Assembly: GCA_053919585.1 (NCBI GenBank)
Contig: CM132823.1
From: Euprymna scolopes
Lineage: Eukaryota
Reading direction: 5' to 3' (one strand)
Length of the DNA: 64,000 nucleotides
Shown here: positions 27,201 to 39,689 of the stretch, piece by piece
Numbering within the stretch: the stretch's first letter is position 1
Layout of the letters: each line of letters starts with the position of its first letter
Program-made: the position numbers and the translations under genes
The notes under the pieces: generated by a model
The model's database searches: none
What the model was told of the DNA's origin: nothing
The model's input: only the letters and a program-made list of their open reading frames with translations

Positions 27201-29304
27201 ATAAAGTGATTGATATCGATTAGAAGCCATTGTTTTCTCAAATCATGAGGAAAGAAAGTCAAACTGAAACAAATAGAAAATGTATTAGATTTTAGAATGT
27301 GTGTGTGTGTGTGTATATATATATATAATTCCCCTGAATGCCATCCTCCGAACACGTGTGTGTGTGTGTGTATATATACACACACACATATATATATAAT
27401 TCCCATGAATGCCATCCTCCGAACACGTATCACATTGGAATTTGGATGACGATACAAATTTTTGCTGCATTAATTCCTTGAACAGAATTTGTGTGACAAG
27501 AGTCAACACGAATCCAGGAATGCCAGCCGAGTAATCCCAATAATTCATTTATTTCTTCAAGTTAAAAATTTCCTAATTTGTCTCCATTTCTTGTAAATTT
27601 TTTTTATTTTCATCCAAAACAAAAAATCATTTTGTGTTTTTCGAACATACACAAAATTTGTTGCCTCATTCAACAATTTTTTTTTTTTTTAAACTATAAG
27701 AAAGGAAAATTCTTATTTCCATTAAAACGACAAAAATGTCTGTAAAATAAAACAAAAATATGAGGATTGGAAGGAGTTGTCATTCAAAACAGAAGAAAAT
27801 TCATTATTTTGTCAGTTCAATAAATGAACGATTCATCACTAACAAAAATGTTTTAATCATTTTTATTTACGTGAATCAAAGCTTCTCCAGCTGATAAGCT
27901 GTTGCGGTCAGTTGCAGGAAAGAGGGATCGGACATTTGCAATTTTCTTTGGCCCTTTCCAAATTTTTGATGAAATACGACTCGCATACTCCATGGAAACA
28001 TGAGAAGCATTTTGAAAGTCTAGTTAGTTGTCGCAGCCAACACATCTATAAAACGATTTGAAGCCATTGTCTTCCAAAAAACACAAAAAAGTCAAACCGA
28101 AACAAATAAAAAAAAATATAAAATATTGGATTTCATAATCCTTGATTTTGTAATGTAAGATATGACTTAGATACTCCATGGAAACCTAGGAGTATTTTGC
28201 TCAGACAAACTTGTTTGGAAACTCGATCTGTGATGGCCACTGTTACTTTACGTTAAATCGCAATATTTATAATGAGTGGAGGAGTTCATTCATGGCTAGG
28301 GTAAGGAGAGTTGGCCACCAAATTCTAACTTTTTTTATATTTCTTTCGCTAGTGTTGAGGTGATTGGTTGTATCAAGCTGAATATTTGTACATGTAAACC
28401 TAAATGAAGTCAGCCTTTTCTATAACTCGATAACAAAATACAACAAAATGAGCATATTTACTAGTCTTTACATTATTTCTGCATCATAATAACATCTGAT
28501 AATGTCCTGAAATATGCTCTCGGCTCAGCCATATACATGTCTTCATATGATCAATACTACACGTGAATGATGAAATATAAGCACGCACACACGCACTTGT
28601 TAGAAATCTGCGTCCCAGATGTATTTTAATTAGCAAATGTTCAGGTTTTCCAGCACCTCTTTAAAGAAGAAAGTGTTGTTGGTGCATTCTGTTGTTCCAA
28701 AGAGTTTGGTTCGAGTCAGCTTGACTTTGATGATGCTAAATGGCACTCTATCAATGTCTTCAACCTGAGGCTTGATGACCTTTTTCACTGCTTAGAAAAT
28801 CTCTATTCTCGCCTCTGTGTCACCAACGTACAAAGTCGCTGACTTTTTGCCTTCATACTGACACAGCACAAAATCTTCAGAGCTAACACTTTTATTTTAT
28901 CACAAATTAATCTGTTTTAAATTTGAATCAAAACAAATTAATTCAGGATGTTTGTAATTTGACCACCAAATCTACCCATTTATGGCATAAATTAATTATT
29001 GGGATTACTTGGACAGATTGGAAGAAGTAAGCTGTTTCTTTGCCGAGGGTTGGTATTGAATTGTCACCTTCTCTAATGAGTTAGTAAGTTATTGGATTGA
29101 GTGGGTCTTTCATGGCATCCTTTCTCAGGATTGGAAATTCCTCTTTCTGTTTGACAACTTTATTACGAACCCTTCAAAGGGCCACATTCATGTGCATGTC
29201 AAGAGTCAAGTCATTACACCCAAATCTTTAAATACGTCTTAATTAATAAAATCTGTTGCCTTTGGATGCAATGGTTGCACAAAAAAAAACTTTCTGCATT
29301 CCCC

Positions 29305-32300
29305 GCACCAATATTTCGCCATGAAATATGAATCGTATACTCTATGGAAATATGAGAAGTACCAATATTTTGCCATGAAATATGAATCATATACTCTATG
29401 GAAATATGAGAAGCACCAATATTTTGCCATGAAATATGAATCGTATACTCTATGGAAATATGAGAAGCACCAATATTTTGCCATGAAATATGAATCGTAT
29501 ACTCTATGGAAATATGAGAAGCACCAATATTTTGCCATGAAATATGAATCATATACTCTATGGAAATATGAGAAGCACCAATATTTTGCCATGAAATATG
29601 AATCGTATACTCTATGGAAATATGAGAAGTACCAATATTTTGCCATGAAATATGAATCGTATACTCTATGGAAATATGAGAAGCACCAATATTTTGCCAT
29701 GAAATATGAATCATATACTCTATGGAAATATGAGAAGCACCAATATTTTGCCATGAAATATGAATCATATACTCTATGGAAATATGAGAAGCACCAATAT
29801 TTTGCCATGAAATATGAATCGTATACTCTATGGAAATATGAGAAGTACCAATATTTTGCCATGAAATATGAATCGTATACTCTATGGAAATATGAGAAGT
29901 ACCAATATTTTGCCATGAAATATGAATCGTATACTCTATGGAAATATGAGAAGCACCAATATTTTGCCATGAAATATGAATCGTATACTCTATGGAAATA
30001 TGAGAAGCACCAATATTTTGCCATGAAATATGAATCGTATACTCTATGGAAATATGAGAAGCACCAATATTTTGCTATGAAATATGAATCGTATACTCTA
30101 TGGAAATATGAGAAGTACCAATATTTTGCTATGAAATATGAACCATATACTCTATGGAAATATGAGAAGCACCAATATTTAGCCATGAAATATGAATCGT
30201 ATACTCTATGGAAATATGAGAAGTACCAATATTTTGCTATGAAATATGAACCATATACTCTATGGAAATATGAGAAGTACCAATATTTTGCCATGAAATA
30301 TGAATCGTATACTCTATGGAAATATGAGAAGTACCAATATTTTGCCATGAAATATGAATCGTATACTCTATGGAAATATGAGAAGCACCAATATTTTGCC
30401 ATGAAATATGAATCATATACTCTATGGAAATATGAGAAGCACCAATATTTTGCCATGAAATATGAATCGTATACTCTATGGAAATATGAGAAGCACCAAT
30501 ATTTTGCTATGAAATATGAATCGTATACTCTATGGAAATATGAGAAGCACCAATATTTTGCCATGAAATATGAATCGTATACTCTATGGAAATATGAGAA
30601 GCACCAATATTTTGCCATGAAATATGAATCGTATACTCTATGGAAATATGAGAAGCACCAATATTTTGCCATGAAATATGAATCGTATACTCTATGGAAA
30701 TATGAGAAGCACCAATATTTTGCCATGAAATATGAATCATATACTCTATGGAAATATGAGAAGTACCAATATTTTGCCATGAAATATGAATCGTATACTC
30801 TATGGAAATATGAGAAGCACCAATATTTTGCCATGAAATATGAATCGTATACTCTATGGAAATATGAGAAGCACCAATATTTTGCCATGAAATATGAATC
30901 GTATACTCTATGGAAATATGAGAAGCACCAATATTTTGCCATGAAATATGAATCGTATACTCTATGGAAATATGAGAAGTACCAATATTTTGCTATGAAA
31001 TATGAACCATATACTCTATGGAAATATGAGAAGCACCAATATTTTGCCATGAAATATGAATCGTATACTCTATGGAAATATGAGAAGTACCAATATTTTG
31101 CCATGAAATATGAATCATATACTCTATGGAAATATGAGAAGCACCAATATTTTGCCATGAAATATGAATCGTATACTCTATGGAAATATGAGAAGCACCA
31201 ATATTTTGCCATGAAATATGAATCGTATACTCTATGGAAATATGAGAAGCACCAATATTTTGCCATGAAATATGAATCGTATACTCTATGGAAATATGAG
31301 AAGCACCAATATTTTGCCATGAAATATGAATCGTATACTCTATGGAAATATGAGAAGTACCAATATTTTGCTATGAAATATGAATCGTATACTCTATGGA
31401 AATATGAGAAGCACCAATATTTTGCCATGAAATATGAATCGTATACTCTATGGAAATATGAGAAGCACCAATATTTTGCCATGAAATATGAATCGTATAC
31501 TCTATGGAAATATGAGAAGTACCAATATTTTGCCATGAAATATGAATCGTATACTCTATGGAAATATGAGAAGTACCAATATTTTGCCATGAAATATGAA
31601 TCGTATACTCTATGGAAATATGAGAAGTACCAATATTTTGCCATGAAATATGAATCGTATACTCTATGGAAATATGAGAAGCACCAATATTTTGCCATGA
31701 AATATGAATCGTATACTCTATGGAAATATGAGAAGCACCAATATTTTGCCATGAAATATGAATAGTATACTCTATGGAAATATGAGAAGCACCAATATTT
31801 TGCTATGAAATATGAATCGTATACTCTATGGAAATATGAGAAGTACCAATATTTTGCTATGAAATATGAACCATATACTCTATGGAAATATGAGAAGCAC
31901 CAATATTTTGCCATGAAATATGAATCGTATACTCTATGGAAATATGAGAAGTACCAATATTTTGCTATGAAATATGAACCATATACTCTATGGAAATATG
32001 AGAAGTACCAATATTTTGCCATGAAATATGAATCGTATACTCTATGGAAATATGAGAAGTACCAATATTTTGCCATGAAATATGAATCGTATACTCTATG
32101 GAAATATGAGAAGCACCAATATTTTGCCATGAAATATGAATCATATACTCTATGGAAATATGAGAAGCACCAATATTTTGCCATGAAATATGAATCGTAT
32201 ACTCTATGGAAATATGAGAAGCACCAATATTTTGCCATGAAATATGAATCGTATACTCTATGGAAATATGAGAAGCACCAATATTTTGCCATGAAATATG

Positions 32301-34240
32301 AATCGTATACTCTATGGAAATATGAGAAGCACCAATATTTTGCCATGAAATATGAATCGTATACTCTATGGAAATATGAGAAGCACCAATATTTTGCCAT
32401 GAAATATGAATCGTATACTCTATGGAAATATGAGAAGCACCAATATTTTGCCATGAAATATGAATCGTATACTCTATGGAAATATGAGAAGCACCAATAT
32501 TTTGCCATGAAATATGAATCGTATACTCTATGGAAATATGAGAAGCACCAATATTTTGCCATGAAATATGAATCGTATACTCTATGGAAATATGAGAAGC
32601 ACCAATATTTTGCCATGAAATATGAATCGTATACTCTATGGAAATATGAGAAGCACCAATATTTTGCCATGAAATATGAATCGTATACTCTATGGAAATA
32701 TGAGAAGCACCAATATTTTGCCATGAAATATGAATCGTATACTCTATGGAAATATGAGAAGTACCAATATTTTGCTATGAAATATGAACCATATACTCTA
32801 TGGAAATATGAGAAGCACCAATATTTTGCCATGAAATATGAATCGTATACTCTATGGAAATATGAGAAGTACCAATATTTTGCCATGAAATATGAATCAT
32901 ATACTCTATGGAAATATGAGAAGCACCAATATTTTGCCATGAAATATGAATCGTATACTCTATGGAAATATGAGAAGCACCAATATTTTGCCATGAAATA
33001 TGAATCGTATACTCTATGGAAATATAAGAAGCACCAATATTTTGCCATGAAATATGAATCGTATACTCTATGGAAATATGAGAAGTACCAATATTTTGCT
33101 ATGAAATATGAATTGTATACTCTATGGAAATATGAGAAGCACCAATATTTTGCCATGAAATATGAATCGTATACTCTATGGAAATATGAGAAGCACCAAT
33201 ATTTTGCCATGAAATATGAATCGTATACTCTATGGAAATATGAGAAGTACCAATATTTTGCCATGAAATATGAATCGTATACTCTATGGAAATATGAGAA
33301 GTACCAATATTTTGCCATGAAATATGAATCGTATACTCTATGGAAATATGAGAAGCACCAATATTTTGCCATGAAATATGAATCGTATACTCTATGGAAA
33401 TATGAGAAGTACCAATATTTTGCTATGAAATATGAATCGTATACTCTATGGAAATATGAGAAGCACCAATATTTTGCCATGAAATATGAATCGTATACTC
33501 TATGGAAATATGAGAAGCACCAATATTTTGCCATGAAATATGAATCGTATACTCTATGGAAATATGAGAAGTACCAATATTTTGCTATGAAATATGAATC
33601 GTATACTCTATGGAAATATGAGAAGCACCAATATTTTGCCATGAAATATGAATCGTATACTCTATGGAAATATGAGAAGCACCAATATTTTGCCATGAAA
33701 TATGAATCGTATACTCTATGGAAATATGAGAAGAACCAATATTTTGCTATGAAATATGAATCGTATACTCTATGGAAATATGAGAAGCACCAATATTTTG
33801 CCATGAAATATGAATCGTATACTCTATGGAAATATGAGAAGCACCAATATTTTGCCATGAAATATGAATCGTATACTCTATGGAAATATGAGAAGCACCA
33901 ATATTTTGCCATGAAATATGAATCGTATACTCTATTGAAATATGAGAAGTACCAATATTTTGCTATGAAATATGAATCGTATACTCTATGGAAATATGAG
34001 AAGCACCAATATTTTGCCATGAAATATGAATCGTATACTCTATGGAAATATGAGAAGCACCAATATTTTACCATGAAATATGAATCGTATACTCTATGGA
34101 AATATGAGAAGCACCAATATTTTGCCATGAAATATGAATCGTATACTCTATGGAAATATGAGAAGCACCAATATTTTGCCATGAAATATGAATCGTATAC
34201 TCTATGGAAACCTGAGAAATACCAATATTTTGCTACAGAT
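29305..34240. repeat. Tandem satellite, 91 x 54 bp
   Basis: Unit g[c/t]accaatattttgc[c/t]atgaaatatgaa[t/c]c[g/a]tatactctatggaaatatgagaa. Unit starts at 29305 and 34219 are 4914 = 91x54 bp apart, so there is no net indel. Confidence 0.99.
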
Positions 34241-34288
34241 GACGTGACCCCCATCATTAACGTTAATGATGGGGGTCACGTCATCTGT
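34235..34288. other. Perfect 54-bp palindrome, putative parvoviral terminal hairpin
   Basis: acagatgacgtgacccccatcattaac|gttaatgatgggggtcacgtcatctgt marks the end of the viral segment. A second copy ends the third EVE at 55364-55407. Confidence 0.8.
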
Positions 34289-34977
34289 TTTTTTTTACCT
34301 GATAATTTTAAAATAAAATAGAATTGCATTGCATGGGTCCGAGCCCTGATGCGGGTAGTGCCACGGCCTAATATCATAGTCATTGCTTAATATAGTTTTT
34401 AGCTGTGACCTAATTCCTTGACCTAGTTTTGTAATTTTCAATCGTCGCTGACGCTGATTCGATGACGGTTCCTTTGAATTTCTTTAACGATCCCATGTCT
34501 GATGGTCGATCTGAAAGGGAATATCGAACATGCGAAATAATATTGAATCATGCGAAATAATATTGAACCATGCCACTGTCATATCAGTTCAAGATGCAGT
34601 ATTATAAGAACGATTTGAGTTTAGTGTATATATATAGTTTATTTACAATATGTACATCATCGTCAGTGTGTTTTAGAAAATATTTACAAAAGTCCAAGGA
34701 ATCATTGATCAGTGTCATTGAGCGTATAGTTTATCCATCGGAGTCACTGAGCACTTCCTCACATTCTAAAAATAGCTGTGACGTCGGCCCTCGTCCGGTG
34801 ATTTGTCGTAGGTACAGTGCCAATGTGTAGTTAATGTTTTTTTTTTTTTTTTGGGGGGGGGGGGGTCACGAAGATGTCGTCGTCCGGCTCCTCTGACTCA
34901 CTGAGCACTATGACCCCGGAGACCGGCGTGTCCTCGGCCAGTGTGTCCTGTGAGAAGCTCGCTGCCGCGGGGCTGGG

Positions 34978-36711
34978 TTAGCTTGGTCCTCTAGGACACC
35001 TGTGTGCTTTGCAACCGTGCGTTTTACAGTACTGTGTTGGCTGGTTTTCGTCTATTTCGCAGGCCTGTATCATCCAGTCCTCGACGTCGGAGTCGTCGGA
35101 GATTCGCACGTTTTCTACTTCTTCTCCAGCCATGAGGTCCTGGAACAGCTGTCTGCGTGCTTTCATGTATCCTGCCTGTTTGTCTGGTGACAATCCTTCC
35201 ACTGCTTGGACAGTGAAATTTGTAGATGCGGCTGGTTCTTCTATATCCTCCTCCTCCTGGAATTGGTAGGTCTGGTTCGTATAGTCCATGACGTATTGTC
35301 TCCAAACGGTTAGCCACATTGTAGGATTCAATTCTCGGACTCCCCAACCCTTTAGGGCCGGCATAGGCCTTTTGGTTTCGTATAGGAACATGCGGTTGTG
35401 CATTGCCATGCGTTCCTGGGGTACGTGTCGCCATGGGTCGTCGTTGGATGTAGAGAGACACGGTGTCCTTTCTAGGTATCGTTCGGCCTGGTGCTTTACG
35501 TTGACTGCTGTCGTTGTGCCCTCAAGTATACATTTGCCCTCCTCTACATTTTGTGGTGTAAACCACATTTCGTCTGTGTAGATAAGGGTCTTATCGACGC
35601 ACGAACCGAACGTGAAGTTGTCGGAGGCCTGACATCGCATTCGGCCGCAATTCATGAGGCCGTTCCTGATCGATCTGAGCACGTATGATTTGCCAGAGTT
35701 ACTGGGTCCCGTTATGTGGAACCCGTTCTTTTTTGCTCGTATCATGTGGCATACTTCGAACAGGTTTCTACCGAACTCAACCGGATCGAAATTGTGGTAT
35801 TGGGCCCATGCGTCGTAAATGTCCAACGACTTCTGCACTGACCAATACCTGTTACCGTCCATGCTGAAGAGGTCCTTCTTTTGACGGATCTGTTCAAATA
35901 TGGGGGTGACCTTTGTTTGGATCTGTAGGTCGCTTGCTGCCGCCTGCATGATCGGTTGAATATTTTGGGTATTGGTAAAGATGTGTTCCCACGTGTCCCG
36001 GACCTTTGTATTGGCAGATTGTTTACAGTAGAGCATGACTTTTGCCATGTCAGTACTGTTACATTTTTTCATTATGTCTAAAATGAATTTATATTTTTGA
36101 CCTCTCAGGGTCGATTTTCCAGTTAGACCTGTGTCTACGGTCGGCTCGTCCTGTTTCTTTAAGGGCTTTTCGCATATTTTTCTGTACGCGGCTAGTTGAC
36201 CGGGCGTTTCCAGGTGCCCTGCAGCTACTACTGAGCGTTTCGACGGGTCCATTGTCAGGTAACTGCAGAGTCCGTACGGGTTGTAAATCTTCTGGCATGA
36301 AATTTGGTACGGGTTGATTTGCCGTTCCGCCTGTAGTTTTTTCATTTGCACGTAACTGTGCTCACACGTAGGGTGGTTGTGGTGCCACGTGATCATGTGG
36401 AAATGGTCTACGTCTGCGCAATGTTTCAGACTGCTTGGCCCCGCTACGAGGTATACTATTATGTAGGGTCGCTGGTCGAGAATTCTGGCGAAGTACCCGT
36501 GGGTAGCGTTTGATGGCTGTAACGTTATCGCATCCTGGTATGGTTTGGTCTCCGTAGTTCCTGGACTTAGTCTGAATTCTCCCTCGGTTTCCCAGCGGTA
36601 GATCCAGGTGTAGGGACGGATTTGTTTGCCGTTGACAGTTTCTCCGTTTACTAGGTCGTTGAATTGTTGTTGTTCCTCTCTTTGGGTGTTGCTGCTGGTC
36701 GTGGCTTCCAT
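34978..36711 (-). CDS. NS1: Endogenous parvovirus NS1 (HUH nuclease + SF3 helicase), copy 1
   Basis: HUH DHFHMI, catalytic-Tyr-like YGLCSYL, Walker A GPSNSGKS, Walker B IYTDEM, motif C STSN. TATAAAA ~45 nt upstream (36757-36763). Confidence 0.9.
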   Translation of the reverse strand: MEATTSSNTQREEQQQFNDLVNGETVNGKQIRPYTWIYRWETEGEFRLSPGTTETKPYQDAITLQPSNATHGYFARILDQRPYIIVYLVAGPSSLKHCADVDHFHMITWHHNHPTCEHSYVQMKKLQAERQINPYQISCQKIYNPYGLCSYLTMDPSKRSVVAAGHLETPGQLAAYRKICEKPLKKQDEPTVDTGLTGKSTLRGQKYKFILDIMKKCNSTDMAKVMLYCKQSANTKVRDTWEHIFTNTQNIQPIMQAAASDLQIQTKVTPIFEQIRQKKDLFSMDGNRYWSVQKSLDIYDAWAQYHNFDPVEFGRNLFEVCHMIRAKKNGFHITGPSNSGKSYVLRSIRNGLMNCGRMRCQASDNFTFGSCVDKTLIYTDEMWFTPQNVEEGKCILEGTTTAVNVKHQAERYLERTPCLSTSNDDPWRHVPQERMAMHNRMFLYETKRPMPALKGWGVRELNPTMWLTVWRQYVMDYTNQTYQFQEEEDIEEPAASTNFTVQAVEGLSPDKQAGYMKARRQLFQDLMAGEEVENVRISDDSDVEDWMIQACEIDENQPTQYCKTHGCKAHRCPRGPS

Positions 36712-36879
36712 CCTGACGGTCTGGAGCGAGTGCCTGATCTGTGGTGGATGTGCGTCTTTTATAGCACGTTATTGCGTCGTAAGAAATTAGAATCTGCTGC
36801 CGGTTTAGTAATTATCTGTAGAAGTAATTGAATTATGCTGACGTTGATGAATTTGAAAAATAGGTAATTGATTTCTGCC

Positions 36880-37150
36880 CTATTTGTTTACGAAACGCCC
36901 ATAAGGCATGCCGAATATTTGACCGTTGTGGTCCCATATGTGTGTGCCGTGATTATGAAGCATTCCTTTCGCTGATTGGCCGTGGAAATGTCTATTGGGC
37001 GGTACAATGGTGTGGTATTCGTAACTGAAGTCCGCCGATGTTGCTGATAGTGCTTGTTTGTGGGTGGTGACTGGGACCTTCTGCGGGTGGATAAGTGCGT
37101 CACAGACTATTTCAATTTCTAGCATATAAGTTATTTCGAAGTTGAAATAT
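36880..37150 (-). pseudogene. Probable parvoviral capsid (VP) C-terminal fragment
   Basis: Open frame YFNFEITYMLEIEIV...GMPYGRFVNK* with a beta-strand pattern like the last jelly-roll strand, contiguous with the NS1 promoter. The assignment is inferential. Confidence 0.45.
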
Positions 37151-37814
37151 AAAATAGAATTGCATTGCATGGGTCCGAGCCCTGATGCGTTAAGTGCCAC
37201 GGCCTAATATCATAGTCATTGCTTAATATAGTTTTTAGTTGTGGCCTAATTCCTTGACCTAGTTTTGTATTTTTCAATCGTCGCTGACGCTGATTCGATG
37301 ATGGTTCCTTTGAATTTCTTAAACGATCCCATGTCTGATGGTCGATCTGAAAGAGAGTATCGAACATGCGAAATAATATTGAATCATGCGAAATAATATT
37401 GAACCATGCCAATGTCATATCAGTTCAAGATGCAGTATTATAAGAACGATTTGAGTTTAGTGTATATATATAGTTTATTTACAATATGTACATCATCGTC
37501 AGTGTGTTTTAGAAAATATTTACAAAAGTCCAAGGAATCATTGATCAGTGTCATTGATCGTATAGTTTTTCAATCGGAGTCACTGAGGACTTCCTCACAT
37601 TCTAAAAATAGCTGTGACGTCGGCCCTCGTCCGGTGATTTGTCGTAGGTATACTGCCAATGTGTAGTTTATTATGTTTTTTTTTTTTTTTTTGGTGTTAC
37701 GAAGTCGTCCTCGTCCGGCTCCTCCGTTTCTGAGTCGCTGAGCACTATCACTCCGGAGACGGGCGAGTCCTCTCCGACTGTGTCCTGTGAGATGCTCGGT
37801 GCTGCGGGGCTGGG

Positions 37815-39534
37815 TTAGTTTGTTACTGTAGGACATCTGTGTGCCTTGCAACCGTGTGTCTTACAGTACTGCGTCGGCTGGTTTTCGTCTATTTCGCATG
37901 TTTCAGTCATCCAGTCCTCGACGTCGGAGTCGTCTGATATGCGCAGGTTTTGTACCTCCTCTCCTGCCATGAGGTCCTTGAAGAGCTGTCTCCGAGCTTT
38001 CATGTATCCTGCCTGTTTGTCCGGTGACAGGCCTTCTACTGCTTGGACAGTGAAGTTTGTAGATGCGGCTGGTTCGTCTATATCCTCCTCCTCCTGGAAT
38101 TAGTACGTCTGGTTCGTATAGTCCATGACGTATTGTCTCCAGACGGTTAGCCACATGGTTGGATTTAGTTCTCGGACTCCCCAACCTTTTAGGGCAGGCA
38201 TGGGCCTTTTGGTCTCGTACAGGAACATTCGGTTGTGCATTGCCGTTCGTTCAAGGGGTCGTCGTTACTTGTAGACAGGCATGGTGTTCTCTCTAAGTAT
38301 TGTTCCGCCTGATGCTTTACGTTTACTGCTGTTGTAGTACCCTCCAGGATGCACTTTCCCTCCTCTACATTCTGTGGTGTGAACCACATTTCGTCCGTGT
38401 AGATGAGGGTCTTGTCCACGCAGGATCCGAACGTGAAGTTGTCGGAGGCCTGACATCGCATCCGGCCGCAGTTCATGAGGCCGTTCCTGATCGACCTCAG
38501 CACGTACGATTTGCCGGAGTTACTTGGTCCTGTTATGTGGAACCCGTTCTTTTTTGCGCGTATCATATGGCAGACCTCGAATAGGTTTCTTCCGAACTCC
38601 ACTGGATCGAAGTTATGATGTTGGGCCCACGCGTCGTAAATGTCCAACGACTTTTGCACTGACCAATACCTGTTACCGTCCATGCTGAAGAGGTCCTTCT
38701 TTTGACGGATCTGTTCGAATATGGGTGTGACCTTTGTTTGGATCTGTAGGTCGCTTGCTGCCGCCTGCATGATCGGTTGAATATTTTGGGTATTGGTAAA
38801 GATGTGTTCCCACGTGTCCCGGACCTTTGTATTGGCAGATTGTTTACAGTAGAGCATGACTTTTGCCATGTCAGTACTGTTACATTTTTTCATTATGTCT
38901 AAAATGAATTTATATTTTTGACCTCTCGGGGTCGATTTTCCAGTTAGACCTGTGTCTACGGTCGGCTCGTCCTGTTTCTTTAAGGGCTTGTCGCATATTT
39001 TTCTGTACGCGGCTAGTTGACCGGGCGTTTCCAGGTGCCCTGAAGCTACTACTGAGCGTTTCGACGGGTCCATTGTCAGGTAACTGCAGAGTCCGTACGG
39101 GTTGTAAATCTTCTGGCATGAAATTTGGTACGGGTTTATCTGTCGTTCCGCCTGTAGTTTTTTCATTTGCACGTAACTGTGCTCGCATGTAGGGTGGTTG
39201 TGGTGCCACGTGATCATGTGGAAGTGGTCCACGTCTGCGCAATGTTTCAGACTGCTTGGCCCCGCTACGTGGTATACTATTATGTAGGGTTGCTGGTCGA
39301 GAATTCTGGCCAAGTACCCGTGGGTAGCGTTTGCTGGCTGTAACGTTAGCGCATCCTGGTATGGTTTGGTCTCCGTCGTCCCCGGCTTTAGGCTGAATTC
39401 TCTCTCGGTTTCCCAGCGATAGATCCAGGTGTACGGCCGGATTTGTTTGCCGTTGACTGTTTCTCCGTTAACTAAGTTGTTGAATTGTTGTTGTTCCTCT
39501 CGTTGGGTGCTGCTGCTGCTGGTCGTGGCTTCCA
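37815..39534 (-). pseudogene. NS1: Endogenous parvovirus NS1, copy 2 (disrupted)
   Basis: Same motifs as copy 1. A frameshifting deletion at ~38255 removes WRHV, and there is a CAA>TAA stop at ~38100. TATA at 39581-39587. Confidence 0.9.
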
Positions 39535-39689
39535 TCCTGACGGTCTGGAGCGAGTGCTTGATCTGTGGTTTATGTGCGTCTTTTATAGCACGTATATGCG
39601 TCGTAAGAAATAAGAATCTGATGCCGGTTTTGTAATTATCTCTGTAAGTAATTGAATTATGCTGACGTTGATGAATTTTGAAAGTAGCT

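Larger units (their letters stand above)
15700..29304 (-). pseudogene. Cluster of decayed, duplicated RING/B-box (TRIM-like) gene fragments plus shared AT-rich flanks
   Basis: Repeated minus-strand motifs CFHGxCxxCFIKxLDRAKTNCKCLKC (C3HC4 RING C-terminal half), QCDLCLDDDILSIAKYW and KYWCGECGK (B-box-like) at ~15970-16240, 16880-17010, 19030-19160, 20047-20345, 26850-27200 and 27930-28040. All carry stops or frameshifts. Confidence 0.6.

Noticed and set aside
28300-28890. Possible decayed transposase C-terminus on the minus strand
   Set aside because: Coding-like texture but with stops and no diagnostic motif, so it could not be assigned.
29305-34240. CRISPR array
   Set aside because: Contiguous near-identical units without unique spacers, no cas genes, eukaryotic context.
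29239-34321. 1672-aa minus-strand ORF and 814/838-aa plus-strand ORFs
   Set aside because: By-products of a stop-free 54-bp (multiple of 3) unit. Both strands are open, the minus-strand ATG is supplied by the viral hairpin, and the composition is implausible for a protein.
36089-36298. Overlapping NS2-like ORF (also 38910-39242)
   Set aside because: Present only where copies 1 and 2 are near identical. No equivalent ORF is listed for copy 3.
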